From NCBI RefSeq assembly GCF_009914755.1, contig NC_060926.1: 64,000 bases of DNA. One strand, 5' to 3'. The stretch is from the human T2T-CHM13v2.0 reference genome, Homo sapiens. The position numbers were made by a program, and so were the translations under genes. The notes under the pieces are model-generated. The model was not told the DNA's origin, made no database searches, and saw only the letters and a list, made by a program, of their open reading frames with translations. Below, piece by piece: positions 25,221 to 39,969 of this stretch (its first letter is position 1; each line of letters starts with the position of its first letter).

Positions 25221-26044
25221 ATAAATTTCCCAATTCTCAAATTCCCAAAGTATATTAGCTATGCAAGGTTTAATCACACACACAAAGATCCTCCTCCCCC
25301 AGCAACAAAACATAAAACCCAAGAAAGTTTAAATAAATTTTAATGAAAAAATGAGGAAGAGAAGTTTTATACAATGTATTTTTTCCTTTTATTTACTGTA
25401 AGCTAAAGGATCACAATTTTTTTCCTGCTTTGTTAATTATCAAATTCAAATGTTTAGAAAAGTGGCTGCTATATACTAGTCATTCCATAACATTTGTTAA
25501 ATGAGGAAGGCACAAGCAAATATGTAGTCACACTCCTTTAAGTTCTTTAGATTTCATGATTTCACAGTTATAATAATTTGAAGTTCAGACAGCATTAAGT
25601 TATTAGTCCTCTTCCCTCAGACTCAGTCTCTCTGTCTTGTTACTTTTTCAAAATGACTCTTATTTTTATTCTTCCTCTCTACTATGAATGCCATTTCTCT
25701 ACTCTGATGACTTCAGCCTGATGAGTATATTAACTGTCTAGCTACCAGCCTCAATTCTAGAGCTGCATCATTGATTCTAGCCTTTATACCAGCAAACCAC
25801 ACTCTGGGGTTTCAATAAGTTCAATGGTTAAGGAAACACTAGTCATCATTACTAGGAAGGAGCCAATGTTTCCAAATAATTTAAACACCCACATGAATGC
25901 ATATTTTTGAAAATTATTCATATCTGAAGGCAAGTAGATAAAAGTTATGCTTTTGCTCCATCTTTAAGTCTAAATGCTATATTTTTAAAATATATGAATG
26001 TAGAATAGAGACTATATTACAAATTCACTCTTGCTTGCATTTAC

Positions 26045-26170
26045 ATTTTCCCTCAAGAATAAGGGGAACCAAGTTACTGCCAGAGCAGCAGGAATTAAGC
26101 ACAAATCCAACTTTTCTTATATTTGCTGTAGGAGTCATAGGATGGGATATGTCACTCTTAGAAAACTTCT
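26045..26170 (-). pseudogene. Pseudo-exon, 126 nt, fully open (phase 1 to 1)
   Basis: gacttttctatgacag|KFSKSDISHPMTPTANIRKVGFVLNSCCSGSNLVPLILEGK|gtaaat; phases fit the exons at 29539 and 23995. Confidence 0.65.
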
Positions 26171-27189
26171 CTGTCATAGAAAAGTCATCGTGGTGAAAAA
26201 AAATTATATCAGAATTGTTGCTGTAAAATACCTTCAGTCATTTCTTCCTAATAAATTGCTTTTCATTATAGCATTCCCCAGATTAGGAACTAAATATTTT
26301 CTATTTCTCACTGTATTAACTTGAAATATCTCACTTTTGCCTTCAAGGTTGTGAGTGCACTAGTCCCCCCTGGACCTTAGCAGCCTTGCTTTCTAAAACC
26401 CTCACAAAACTCATCATTCATATTAGCTAAACCCATCATTGTGTATAGTGAACACCCACTGATCATTCTGGATGTTAAGACTTGAATAAAATGTTTCTGG
26501 TCACCTCACTTGTATTTCTTTAACAATTTAAATCCTAACAAACACAATCCTTCTACCACCTTAAAGTTTGACATTCACCAATCCCTCAACTTGACCTCCT
26601 CTGAGGTTTACTGAACATGTGATTAGCTTCTTGCACTGTTCACTCCTGTTCCATGTGTTTCAATTTTGACACCTTTATTTAATGGAAGAGTGGTTGATGT
26701 CTATAATCTTAAAATTATGCTTTTTAAAAACTCTTCCTTTTTCCAGTTTGTTACACTTGCCCAGATTGTAATATAATAAAGATTAATCTAATTTCTTGCA
26801 TTGCATTATTTACTAAGTGAACATGACTGAGTTTCTTTACTGTTTTTAAATCTAATAGGCAAAAACTGTTTTCCCAATAGTAATTATTGTGGGGATGAAT
26901 AAGGTTATCTTAAAACATTTTACAAACATAATAAATGCATCTACCAAAAAAGGAGAATACCAACTCTTGATACTAGACTAAGAATTATACCTATCAAAAG
27001 GCTTCAAATAATCTAGTGAGATGAAACAATCCCTGTGTTTGGCACATAAGTGGTTCTCAGTACATGAGTGTTGAATGCTAAATTGTATAAGACTATTTAT
27101 AATACATTAGTATGCATATATAAAGATAATAACTCAAAATAGATGAATGCACAATTTAATGTTAAAAAGGTGTTTAGTTTATGCAGGGC

Positions 27190-29400
<2,211 letters not shown>

Positions 29401-29504
29401 TACACCATCAAGAGGTATGCATAGAGAGACAAAAAGGAATATATAAAACACAGACTGAAATTTGCATCTAAAATTCCACATAGTAAAACAATACAATGAA
29501 CTAA

Positions 29505-29507
<3 letters not shown>

Positions 29508-29536
<29 letters not shown>
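29508..29536 (+). repeat. Poly-T (29)
   Basis: Direct inspection. Confidence 0.95.
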
Positions 29537-29538
<2 letters not shown>

Positions 29539-29542
<4 letters not shown>

Positions 29543-29631
29543 CACAGAGTAGGTATTTAATCCGGAATGTTTATCTGATTTCTGAATTTCAGTTCTAATG
29601 TTAATTGGTTGACCAGCTGGCATACATTTCA
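29539..29631 (-). pseudogene. Pseudo-exon, 93 nt, fully open (phase 1 to 1)
   Basis: tttttatatatttttcag|KCMPAGQPINIRTEIQKSDKHSGLNTYSVK|gtaaaa. Confidence 0.6.
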
Positions 29632-30617
29632 CTGAAAAATATATAAAAATCCAATGAGTTTTTGCATTAGTTAAAATAATCCTAAATTTTTACTGTTGAT
29701 CACAATTTTACTACTTCTGGATCACAAGCTTGTAAAGCATGGTTATTGATGGAAAATATGGTCTGGGCACATAGTGCTTTCAAAATATTATTTTGTTTGA
29801 ATTTTGGTTGAATGACAAACCAAATGAAATAAGATGGTATATACAATTAAATGACAAACAACTTTGGACTTATATTTTATTAGTTCTACTCAAATATGAC
29901 TAATTATGATATCAGCCATTGCTTGCCAAGGAAATATAACCTGTTTTATAAAAACAATTCCCTCTCTGCCAAAACAATCCCTGGAATTGATTTTGAAAAA
30001 GAGAAATAAATGTTTTGAGAATTCCTAATTGGATCATGGTTTTAGTAAATAAACTGTTTTTGAGAAAAAGTAAAAAAGCATCTCAAAAGTACTATATAAC
30101 TTTAAATGATAGAAAATACAATTCATATTTCTCATGTGACCAGCAACAAACTGTGTGTAACTTAAGGAAAAAAAATAAAAAATAAAATGCTGTAGTTAAT
30201 TCCTGCTTTTTATTTCCCATGGGATTAAAAAGACACTTTTAAGCTAATCTTCAGGAGCCTTATGGCCAATGGATTGTTTGAAATTTAGTATGTGGACACT
30301 AAGAACTTTATACATTTAACTGTGCACCTTTGCTCTTAAAGGCAAGTAAAAATTTAATTAAACCCCTGTGTAGATTTTATAAGAGATATTATATTCTTAA
30401 ATCCCAGTAAAAATGGTGTTATTGCAAATGTAAGCATCAAATATTTGAATAAACACCATTATTACTGCTCATGGTAGAAAATATTTATAATATGTCATTT
30501 TATATATCATATATATTGTGATGTATATATTATACACAGTGTAATGTATACATCACATTATATCCATATATATTTATACATAAAATGATGATATATATGA
30601 CACATATAATATATATA

Positions 30618-30741
30618 AGAGATGGGGCCTTTCCATGTTGCCCAGGCGGGTCTCAAACTCCTGGGCTGAAGTGATTCTCCTTCCTTGGCCTCCCAGTGTT
30701 GGGATAATAGGCATGAACCTGTTATCAGGCCACACACAGCC
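30618..30741 (-). mobile_element. FLAM/Alu monomer
   Basis: gagatggggcctttccatgttgcccagg...ggcctcccagtgttgggataataggcatga. Confidence 0.85.
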
Positions 30742-30759
30742 AATATTTATCATATATAT

Positions 30760-30943
30760 TTTTGACAAAGCTTGTTTTTCTAAGTCACATATAGACTTGC
30801 TGCCAGCATTAACCTACAGGCAAACACTATTTTCTGTTTTTCTTGTAAAATATTTACTTGAAAATACAATTGATACTGATGATTCTGTATTTATTTTCTA
30901 TTATTAAGAATTTATCCTATATAATATACATCTTACAGTATTT
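30760..30943 (-). pseudogene. Pseudo-exon, Tudor C-terminal part
   Basis: Acceptor tttcttgtctctgactttcag. NTVRCILYRINS***...SVCL*VNAGSKSICDLEKQALSK. Donor not recognisable. Confidence 0.5.
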
Positions 30944-31468
30944 CTGAAAGTCAGAGACAAGAAAGATTCCTTTAGGTCTTAAGCAATATTTTCATTACAT
31001 TAATAATAGTTTGACAATTATTCAATTTCATAAAGTTTAGATTAAATTATTCTCAGTCAGTAGTCTTTCTCCTCTGAGAATGAAAGCGATTACTTATTTG
31101 GCTTATTCATTTAAGGTAAGTTCCCCCACAAGGGTAGTCTATATTTGAGTTCATGGAGAAGTCTGGACTGGTTAATTCATTTCTAAAAACTAAGATTGTG
31201 TGTCTGTGTGATATCAAGGTTCATGTATCTCTAATATGTATATGTGTATGTATGCGTATGTGTAGCGAGGGTAATATATGTATACTTATATATGTTTTTT
31301 CCAATATGAAGAGTCAAATGCATTTTTTACCTGTGAGAATTCATGAAATTAATTCTAAAGCTAATTTAAGAGTTGTCTAAAAATTTTAAGAATTTTACTT
31401 AAGATTTGTGTATAAAACAATAATACAGGAAGAAGTATACTTTAGTATTTATTAAGTTTATAATTTAC

Positions 31469-31704
31469 TGATTTTCTTTGGAAGAACAGGTGAATAAAAT
31501 AAGTCTTAAAAAATTTCCATTTTTAACTGTCAGGAATAACTCCTTTTTGGAAAATCTGATATGATGAGTAATTCTCTGAAAGACCAATTATTTGGACATT
31601 AAAATCTTATGCAATATTTTGCTTAGCTAGAAAGTTTGAGCTCCAAATGGAAATGTTTGTCTTTATTATAGGTCATTTCCAAATATCCATACCATTTTCT
31701 TGAC
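31469..31704 (-). pseudogene. Candidate pseudo-exon
   Basis: ctgatttttaag|QENGMDIWK*PIIK (WxR-like if TGA came from CGA)...|gtaaat. Confidence 0.45.
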
Positions 31705-31916
31705 CTTAAAAATCAGTTGTTTATATTTTTTGCTTTGGGACCAAAAGGGCAAATATCTTTAGAGGCAGTGGTAGTGGAAAATAAAAACAGTAAATAAGAC
31801 CAGGTAATTAGTCTAGGACTGGAGGAGGGTGAAGCCAAAGAAGCTACTGTCCAAATCAGAGAAAGGAAATACATAGTAATCAAGAGAGACATAAGCTGTC
31901 CTCCATATCAATTTAC

Positions 31917-32037
31917 TCTTTCTGCATCAGGAGAAAAGATATATTATAGATTATGTAGTTATTCTCTATCACTTCAGAAGTTCAGTTCAAAAATTCTATT
32001 AGTTCTAGACACTCTTTACTTTTCTAGTCTTCTTAAC
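31917..32037 (-). pseudogene. Candidate pseudo-exon
   Basis: KECLELIEFLN*TSEVIENNY, helix-like; weak splice sites. Confidence 0.3.
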
Positions 32038-32168
32038 CTGGAATATTACCACTCATTTTTTTATAGTAGTAGTTGACACTATGACTTAATTACAGCATGC
32101 TGAGTGTTAGGAGAATATGATAAATGAACAATAAGGTTGTTAGTGTGATATATAAGCAAGTTTCTTAC

Positions 32169-32351
32169 GTTGGCTTTCCATATGCATTTGTCATTATCGA
32201 GGGTAATTAGAAAGCTGTGAGAAATAACCCCCAACCCCCGACACACAAATTACAAATGTCTATACCTGAAAACACGACTTGAAGATTCGATTAAAGTCTT
32301 GAGTACTTTATCAACTACAGGTTCTACCATAGACTTTGGCATTGAATCAAT
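32169..32351 (-). pseudogene. Pseudo-exon(s): 32351-32266 and 32214-32169, both open and in phase
   Basis: gggttctttag|IDSMPKSMVEPVVDKVLKTLIESSSRVF|gtatag ... ttatttctcacag|FLITLDNDKCIWKAN|gtaaga; 51-nt spacer. Confidence 0.6.
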
Positions 32352-32689
32352 CTAAAGAACCCAGTATGCCATTAGATATTTAAACTTTTCTTTTTGCAGT
32401 TATATGAATTACAAATTAAAACAAGAAGGAAAAGGCAAGAAATATTTTCATCTTTTAATGAAGACTTTTAAAATAAATTTATAATTTTAGTATTATTTAA
32501 TGTTGCACAAGCATTAAAGTTTCATCCTACGACCCAAGCTTGCTCACTATCTAACATGTAATCAAAGTTGAAATAAATTGATGTGAAGTTGTATTTAACA
32601 TGTTATAGAGTGTTAAACATTAGTTTTTTTTCCTATAAAGAATTTCCTGAACTTGATGATAAACAGCATTTGTTTTCATTACCTGGGGT

Positions 32690-33115
32690 AGCAAAGACAA
32701 TTAACTGCCCACAGGATTTCTGTTCCCTAGTCACTGGGTGCAATTGTTGGGAAGTAGCAGTCTAGCAAGGGATTTCATTTCCCAACCATGACTGCATCTA
32801 TAATAGGACCATTTGATGAGTTTTTATATCTGGGAAATGGGTAAAGGTCATATGTGTTACCCACTTGTAGGTCAAATTAAGAAGCAAATATGTCTTCTAT
32901 GTTGCCTCTTCTCCCATCTGCAGGCTGACACAGAAAGTTCTGAGACTCAAAGCAATGTCAAAACTACAAGAAGGAAGGTGATATTGTCACTGAATCACTA
33001 TGTGGAGCATATCTACCAGCTGTCCAGCAACATCCACATTTTACTTTCGCAAATTTAATTTCTAATTTGTAAACTCCCTGAAATTGAGGGTCTTGTTTGT
33101 TACAGCAGTCGGTAA
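32690..33115. mobile_element. MLT1-type (MaLR) solo LTR
   Basis: Ends ...ttgtaaactccctgaaattgagggtcttgtttgttacagcag, typical of an MLT1 terminus. Confidence 0.65.
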
Positions 33116-34223
33116 TACTCAAACTGATGTATATGGTGTTCAACAGGATGCAGAAGGTAGAGTGTTGAATCAGAAGCTTTTTCTGATATCTAAGCAAAGT
33201 GGTATTCCCATAGAAAAATAAGTTAATTTGGAACTGTCCATAAAAGGGTAATGTTGAGGCAATTGCAGTATTTTAGAGCTCACCAAGATTGATCAGTTAC
33301 CACTAAAATAGATGTTTAAAGCTGAATTCGTGCACCTGGGCTTATAGTACAATTTATTTAGAGACACTTTTAACTAAGAAAAAATAAGAGAAAGAAAATA
33401 GGCTCATACTTCTTGGCATATGTCAAAATTTGTTTTGACATTCCCTAAAATGTTTGCATTCTTAAATTTTCCAGTAAACAACTCAGTTTTGGAACACTGG
33501 TGAAGTTAAAAAAAAAATCCCCTCTTAAAGGACTTCACAAATTTACTTCTTAAAACATAGAAAGACTTTTTTTTTCCTTTTCCTCACATCTCTTCAGAAT
33601 ATTCCTGTAGGCTAGAGCTATAGAGCACAAGATGGCCACCAGCCAGAATCCTCACCACAGCTGGTGAGTGGGTTCAGAAGACACCAGAGAGCTGAGATGC
33701 AAAGGAATTTAAACAGTCTATTTCTGGGTAAACAACTGTAAAGAGCTTTACTCTCAAACAGTGAGCTGATTCTAAGGTACCGGCAAAAAATAACAACAAC
33801 AACAAAAAAAACAAAACACATGCACACACACAAACTCAAGAGCAATTGATGAAATTTGTAAAAAAAAAAGTGTATAGGACAATATTTTAACAGGACCACA
33901 TTAAATTAATCAAAGAGTTGATAGGCAATAAACAAATAGAATGGAGAATAGAAGAAATAAAGGAAGAAAGACAGAAAAGAGTTTAACCAGTTTGGTATAT
34001 TTCAAAAGAAAGATAGTAATATTTCCCCTTTTGAGGTGTTGATAAAGTCATATATTAAAAGTAAATAAATTAATGTGTATATTAACTTTCCTAGTACCTT
34101 CCTTATTAATGAACAATTTAAATAAATAACTGTTTAATGGTAGGGAAAAGTCACTTAAGTTCTAAATTTCAAGTAATGAACAGTCCAATTACATTTATCC
34201 ATATGAATAGTACTCTATCTTAC

Positions 34224-34456
34224 AATCTATTTGGAATTCTTTTTTATTTATGGGACAGAAGGGCAGTTATCACTCCTTGAAGGGTTATTTCTTCCTCCAA
34301 CTCCAGCCACTCCTAATTGTCCTAAGGTGTCATTAATAACAAGCTTCCCAATAGCACCACTAGTACCTCCACCATCACCATTTATAAACCTTACTATTTT
34401 TGAGAGGGGAATATTTACATAAATATACGTAACTAAGATATTTGTTTCTGAATTAG
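34224..34456 (-). pseudogene. Pseudo-exon, 233 nt (phase 1 to 0)
   Basis: ttataattttctttaaag|NSETNILVTYIYVNIPLSKIVRFINGDGGGTSGAIGKLVINDTLGQLGVAG...P*IKKNSK*I|gtaaga. 68 open codons with an INxxLxxxGxA motif; phase fits the exon at 32351. Confidence 0.7.
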
Positions 34457-34912
34457 CTTTAAAGAAAATTATAAAAGAATTCTAAAGACACATTCAGTTC
34501 TTTCAATATAATTATGATAAATCAAAATATATTTATTTACATGCATAAAATATAGGAATCTTTATAGAAAATATATTATTACTTGTAAGTATTCCTTATA
34601 TTAATAAGCAGAGATGTAGGTATCATATTGTAAAAATATTTCATTAAATATTGATTTTTAAAAAATGTTACAGCCTATAACACATATGATTCTGATATCT
34701 AAAAATATACTTGGGTAAATAAGGAATTTCTCAACAATGTCATACGAGGGATAAGTTAGAATGTGAAAAACAAAGACTTGATATACATATTTATAAAACA
34801 AATGCACTAGGAAAATATGAGCCAAATACAGACAAAAATACATTAATTTTCCATAGTGCTTAAAAATGTTAACAAAATCAGTTTTTTAAAAATAGTAAAT
34901 TCAAAATAATAC

Positions 34913-35144
34913 ATCTTTATTTTAAACTTTGGATAAGGCATGTAAAATTTGAGTCACTTCTGCTCTTCTATCCAAGGTTTTTTTTTGTCACAGAAACTTT
35001 CAATAGATATAATCACTAATTGGGAGAGTGAAAATGTAGAATCATCACTGTCTTTCATTCCTACACCTAGGAAGGCCATGACTTCCAGATACAGTAATTT
35101 AGCTTTATTTTCAAGTTTCCAAAATTAAAGAAAAATAGAGTCAT
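34913..35144 (-). pseudogene. Pseudo-exon, Tudor-like core and C-terminal part
   Basis: Strong acceptor ttttgtttgtctgttttatcccag. DSIFL*FWKLENK (alternative frame TLFFFNFGN)...TFSLSQLVIISIESFCDKKKPWIEEQK*LKF. Confidence 0.65.
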
Positions 35145-35710
35145 CTGGGATAAAACAGACAAACAAAAAACTTGCCTTGCCAATCATGTTGTTTAGTAGA
35201 TGGAACGTCTCATAATTATAATTAGCAGAGATAAAGGAAACAACTTAAAATGAATATTTTTAAAAATTACTTTATACTCCATTCTGCTTTCTTATCCCGA
35301 GATTATCACTATTTGTAGCTTGCTGATGCACACTTTGTATGCATTTTCCTATGTGTTAACCTGGACATATACATATGAACACATTTCTTTTAAGAGACAT
35401 TTGTTAATTTCTTCTATTGCCTTAAAATTCTATACCCTCCCATACTTCAGCTAATAACCTCACTTCACACTTTAGAATTAGACCAGAAGGTCTCTCAAAT
35501 TCCAAATATGAAATCTGCAACTTCTCCATATTCTCTCCATTCTCTCTCTGACACAATGAGAAGAATATCTACGATCCATCAAGGGCCAAGTCTTCCTTTG
35601 AGCTCTGAATGTTCACCTCATTCAGATTCTGAGGAAGGGAACTTGTCTGTCTTAGTCATTGTTGTACTGTTGGCTCCTCACAGCTTTGGGCAAAGAAAAT
35701 GCACCTAATA

Positions 35711-35790
35711 TTTGGCTAGTGCAAAAGTAATTGCAGCTTTTGTCATTAGCTTTAATGGCAAAAATCACAATTACTTTTGCACCAATTTAA
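35711..35790. mobile_element. MADE1 (Hsmar1-derived 80-bp palindromic MITE)
   Basis: tttggctagtgcaaaagtaattgcagc...aaaatcacaattacttttgcaccaatttaa, preceded by TA. Confidence 0.93.
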
Positions 35791-35839
35791 AATAATATGT
35801 GAAATTATAAATATGTGATACATATGTGAACCAGTAAAT

Positions 35840-37070
35840 GAATAAAAACTATATATAAATGATTATGTCACATATATTATCATACAACGAAAAAGAAACC
35901 TACAAGCAACAAAAAACTAATAATAATGTAAAAACATCTTCAATTTTAATAAAAAAAGGAAATAAAAATTAGACAATAGTGAAATGATTTTTTTGGTGCC
36001 TATTCAATATAGAAAAAATGAGAAATTGATAGATGTCAATATTGGTGCTTTTAAATAAATAGCTACTCTCATGCACTGCTTATTGAAGTATGAAATGTTA
36101 TGTCATTTTCACCTGGAAATTTGGAAAAAAGTATCAATAATTTAAATGTGCATACTGTATGACCCAACAGTAAGAGAGCTAGTGATGTCTTCTACAGCTA
36201 AGCTTGGTTGTGAGTAAAAGGTAAACATTCATGGTGAATACATCATCGTGAATTCACACTGTGAATACAATACAAAAATTATGATAACTTATTTTGATTC
36301 AGGTCAGTCTGAACAGACTGAAGTGAAATATAATTTCAGAGCAAATAAAGCTTTAAAAACTTAGGAATATTAAATTTCTATGCTAGGTTGCTCCTTTGAA
36401 TGGTACAGTGGGCATGACGTTGTATCTGAAAGAAAGGAAATAAAAACCGAGCATTCTTCTTGGCTTTAAATTGACAATATTCACATCTTCACAAGAAGGT
36501 AAAAAGGTTTAAAGAATATCAATCTAAAGATGAAGCATAGAAAATTAAATATGGTATGGCTCCAAAAAAGAAAATAAATATAATTACCCTTGATGGTATA
36601 AAAGCAAAGGTATTGCTGAAATTGCGTGAGAGAAGGGGAAGAAAAGTAGAGATGCCTCTCTGAAGTATGCAGCAAATAAATGTGGGTTTAATGTATTATT
36701 TAAAGTTTCAAAGTAACTGATGGAAGACTTAAAATATAATTTTACAACAAACAATTGTGAGGAGGAAAGAGGAGTAAGAAAGCCAAATCTTGGCATCTTA
36801 GATAAGGATTTGACTTGGAGATACATTTGCATAGGAGCATTATTCAGAAGCATGATGGTATCTACCACAAAAATTAAACTGAAAAATCGTTGTGAATGTT
36901 TGCCTCTGGGGAGTAGGCATGGAGTTTGGGAAAAATACAGTTGCTTTTTATTATCAATCTATTTGAGCTATTAATTTTTAAAAATCATCGGCAGATATTC
37001 TTTGATTAAAAACAAAGAGTGAGGTAAACTGTCCTTGATAAGATGTAAAATTTTAAAAAATATATTATTA
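35840..37070 (+). mobile_element. Old L1 (L1ME-like) 3' fragments
   Basis: ctactctcatgcactgct...aatgtgcatactgtatgacccaacagta; approximate extent. Confidence 0.55.
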
Positions 37071-37339
37071 GGTGAAAAAAAAACATTGCAGGTTTAGAAA
37101 AACTACCTACCTTTGAAATCCCCATATAAGCATTCTTGTAGGTCCTACAAAAAATATACTCTAAACCTACAATTAATTGCAAAGTTCACTGATGGTGAAT
37201 TATCGAAGAGTCAAATCACCTAGAAATCAGTTTATTAACAGAGTAAGAATGTCAATATTGAATATCAAAAGGTTAATGTAATAAAGAATATAATTTATGT
37301 GGGGAACTCTAGGAAGATATTAAATATGATTCAAGGAAC

Positions 37340-37466
37340 TTTTTTTCTTAAGAGACTCTTCTTACTATGTTGCCCAGGCTAGTCTGGAGCATCTGTGCTC
37401 AAGTGATCCTCCTGCCTTAGATTTTCAAAATGCTGGGATTATAGGTGTGAGCCATGGTGTAGGGCC
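37340..37466 (-). mobile_element. FLAM/Alu monomer
   Basis: cttactatgttgcccaggctagtct...tgctgggattataggtgtgagcc. Confidence 0.85.
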
Positions 37467-38142
37467 TCAAGAGATGTTTTTAATTCCTAAAATTGCATTA
37501 CAAAAGTAATACACCCTGCCCATCTCATGTGGACAGGTGATCCCTAAGGAATTGTAACTTCTGCATGAGAATATGTTTGATATAGAGGTGGGTGAGAAAT
37601 TCCCACTGAGTCAGCCACCCCCAAAGCCCACGGGTTGGAGAGCAGGCAGGCAAGAACCTAGTGGTAGATGATATTGAATGTGAGCCTAGGTACATATTCC
37701 ATTACCCCACTATACTTCACTTGCAAAACAAAGTTTGTGAATAAAATCATAAAAAATTTGAAGATTACGACAACAGAACATTAAACCCCAATATGGGGTC
37801 CCTGTGAACACAGGGCTACATTAGTCCCAAATCCATGAAGCCTGCTCTGCTTATAGATTGTTTGCAGCCCTCCTGGGTTTGTTGTATCAGAGTCCCAGAA
37901 TTAAGATCACATTTGTTGGAAAATATTTTAATAATAAACTAAGTTTTTAAATGTTCAAACAACTCATGGTTATACCAAGCACCCAATAAGCGTCAAATCT
38001 CATTAGCTGCCAGAGAATGAGTTAATTAAGCAAAATGCTTATGATCATGGGCAGTAAACTGACTCTGAAGTAGTTTCCATTAATAGATAGGTTTAGCTTT
38101 TGTTGCTGAATAAAAAACAGAATATCAAGAACATAATAGTTA

Positions 38143-38266
38143 GGTCTTGCTCTGTCACCCAAACTGGAGTGCAGTTGCACAATCACAGCTCACTGTAACC
38201 TCAAACTCCTGGGCTCCTGTCATCCTACCACCTCAGCCTCTCAAAGTGCAGGGGTTATAGGCACAC
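38143..38266 (-). mobile_element. Alu monomer fragment (FRAM/AluJ)
   Basis: ggtcttgctctgtcacccaaactggagtgcagt...cacctcagcctc. Confidence 0.85.
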
Positions 38267-38535
38267 ATTCTGTTTTTTTTATCTTGAGGTAAGAGTCAAC
38301 CAGCTGATGAGTCAAATGTGCTTTAGAAGTTTGAGTGACAAAGGTGGCAAATGTATGTTGGCTGTTCAGTAGCAGTCTCACCAAAGGCATTGCGGCTAAA
38401 GTACGCAGCTATTCATCTTCCTTATGGTTAAATTAGTTGGAAAATAGATGATATATTTCCAAAATAGTGTTATGGTCTGCCTCCTATCTGTGGGCCAAAT
38501 AGACAGTGACATATTACTAGATTTATGATACTCAC

Positions 38536-38721
38536 TTAGTCCAACAGTGCCACAAAGTGTTAAATGACCATCCCAGCCATTTTCAAATGGAACAAGCCAA
38601 CAAGGAGAAATATTTTTCTTTAGATTTTTTAGAAAAACGTATTTTCATGTCAACAGCATGCAATTATTTGCTCCCATACACTTTGTACTTATAATAGCAC
38701 TACAAGCAAAGCAAGAAGGAG
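38536..38721 (-). pseudogene. Pseudo-exon, 186 nt (phase 1 to 1), Tudor N-terminal half
   Basis: ttatttctcctttcag|PSCFACSAII...T*KYVFLKNLKKNISPCWLVPFENGWDGHLTLCGTVGL|gtgagt; one stop. Confidence 0.75.
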
Positions 38722-38939
38722 CTGAAAGGAGAAATAACAATAAGTGTTCTTGATGTATTTTAATTAGTTGGGAGAAAAAAGATTTAAAGTAAAAGATGAA
38801 ATTTCACTAGTTTGGTAGAGTTGAAGACACTATTAGGCAATGATTCAAAATTACCTTTTAAAAAGGAAATATTCAATTTTGCCTTCCAGAGATTGTATTT
38901 GGGCAATTCTAGGAAGATGCTAAATATTAAATGTGATGA

Positions 38940-39144
38940 GCCAACGTAGCAAGACCCTGTCTCTACAGAAAACAACAACAAAAAATAGTCAGGTGTAGTG
39001 GCTCATCCCTGTAGCCTCAGCTACAGTGAAGGCTGAGGTAGGAGGATCTCTTGAGCCTAGGAGATCAAGACTGCAGTCAGCCATGACTGTGCTGCTGCAC
39101 TTTAGCTTGGGTGACAGAATGAGACCCATCTCAAAAAAACAAAA
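38940..39144 (+). mobile_element. AluJ, 5'-truncated
   Basis: Right monomer with a short tail. Confidence 0.9.
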
Positions 39145-39307
39145 TGAATTAAATTTAAAAAGTATGATGATGATATGATGAAACAAAAAGATTGAATTAT
39201 TTTTAATCTCAACATTCTCCAAGCCAGTAGTTACTTGGGGCTGTTTAAAAGAAAACAACAACAACAACAACAAAATACCAGCACCCATGAAGAATGTATT
39301 TTCCTAC

Positions 39308-39484
39308 CAAATCCAAGTTGATACTTTTTATCTTATGTATATGAACATGTAATTGTCATGAAAGGAAGAAAACTGACCACTTGCAATTTCAAGCAACCAA
39401 ATTGTTTTTCATTTACAAATTTTATACTTAAACATTTATATTTTGCATTTGTAATACCAGGAACCCTACCTGAGTCTTTATCAA
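39308..39484 (-). pseudogene. Pseudo-exon, 177 nt (phase 1 to 1)
   Basis: catttttaaag|DKDSGRVPGITNAKYKCLSIKFVNEKQFGCLKLQVVSFLPFMTITCSYT*DKKYQLGF|gtagga; one stop; phases fit both neighbours. Confidence 0.65.
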
Positions 39485-39502
39485 CTTTAAAAATGTATAA
39501 TG

Positions 39503-39803
39503 GGCTGGGTGTGGTTGCTCACACTTGAAATCTCAGCACTTTGGGTGGCCCAGGTGGGAGGATCCCTTGAGGCCAGGGGTTTGAGACCAGCCTGGACAAC
39601 AGAGATAGATTCTGTCTCTACAAAAAAATAAAAAAATAGCCAGGCATGGTAGCATGTGCCTGTAGTCCCAGCTACTTGCAAGGCTGAGGCGGTAGGATTG
39701 CTTGAGCCCAGAAGTCGAGACTGTAGTGAGCCTTGATCGTACCACTGCACTTCAGCCTGGGTGATAGAGAAAGATCCTGTGTCTAAAAAGAAAAAAAGAA
39801 AAA
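39503..39803 (+). mobile_element. AluJ
   Basis: Full dimer with tail; degenerate TSD (aaaaat..aatg). Confidence 0.93.
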
Positions 39804-39969
39804 TACAATGATATCAAGGTAATTTTTCTGGATCTAAGAAATGTTAAAGATCTAAAGAGCCCATGATAGGACATATTAGGAAGTATTTACCAAACAAAAT
39901 ATGTGCTACAGTGACATTGTAATCGCCTTGCCACATTGTAATTTTATTATCCCTTTTGTCCTTTCTTAC

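Noticed and set aside
36485-37144. Short exon-like segments 36523-36485 and 37144-37111
   Set aside because: They lie in or beside L1 remnants, and the 38536 to 35144 junction is already in phase without them.
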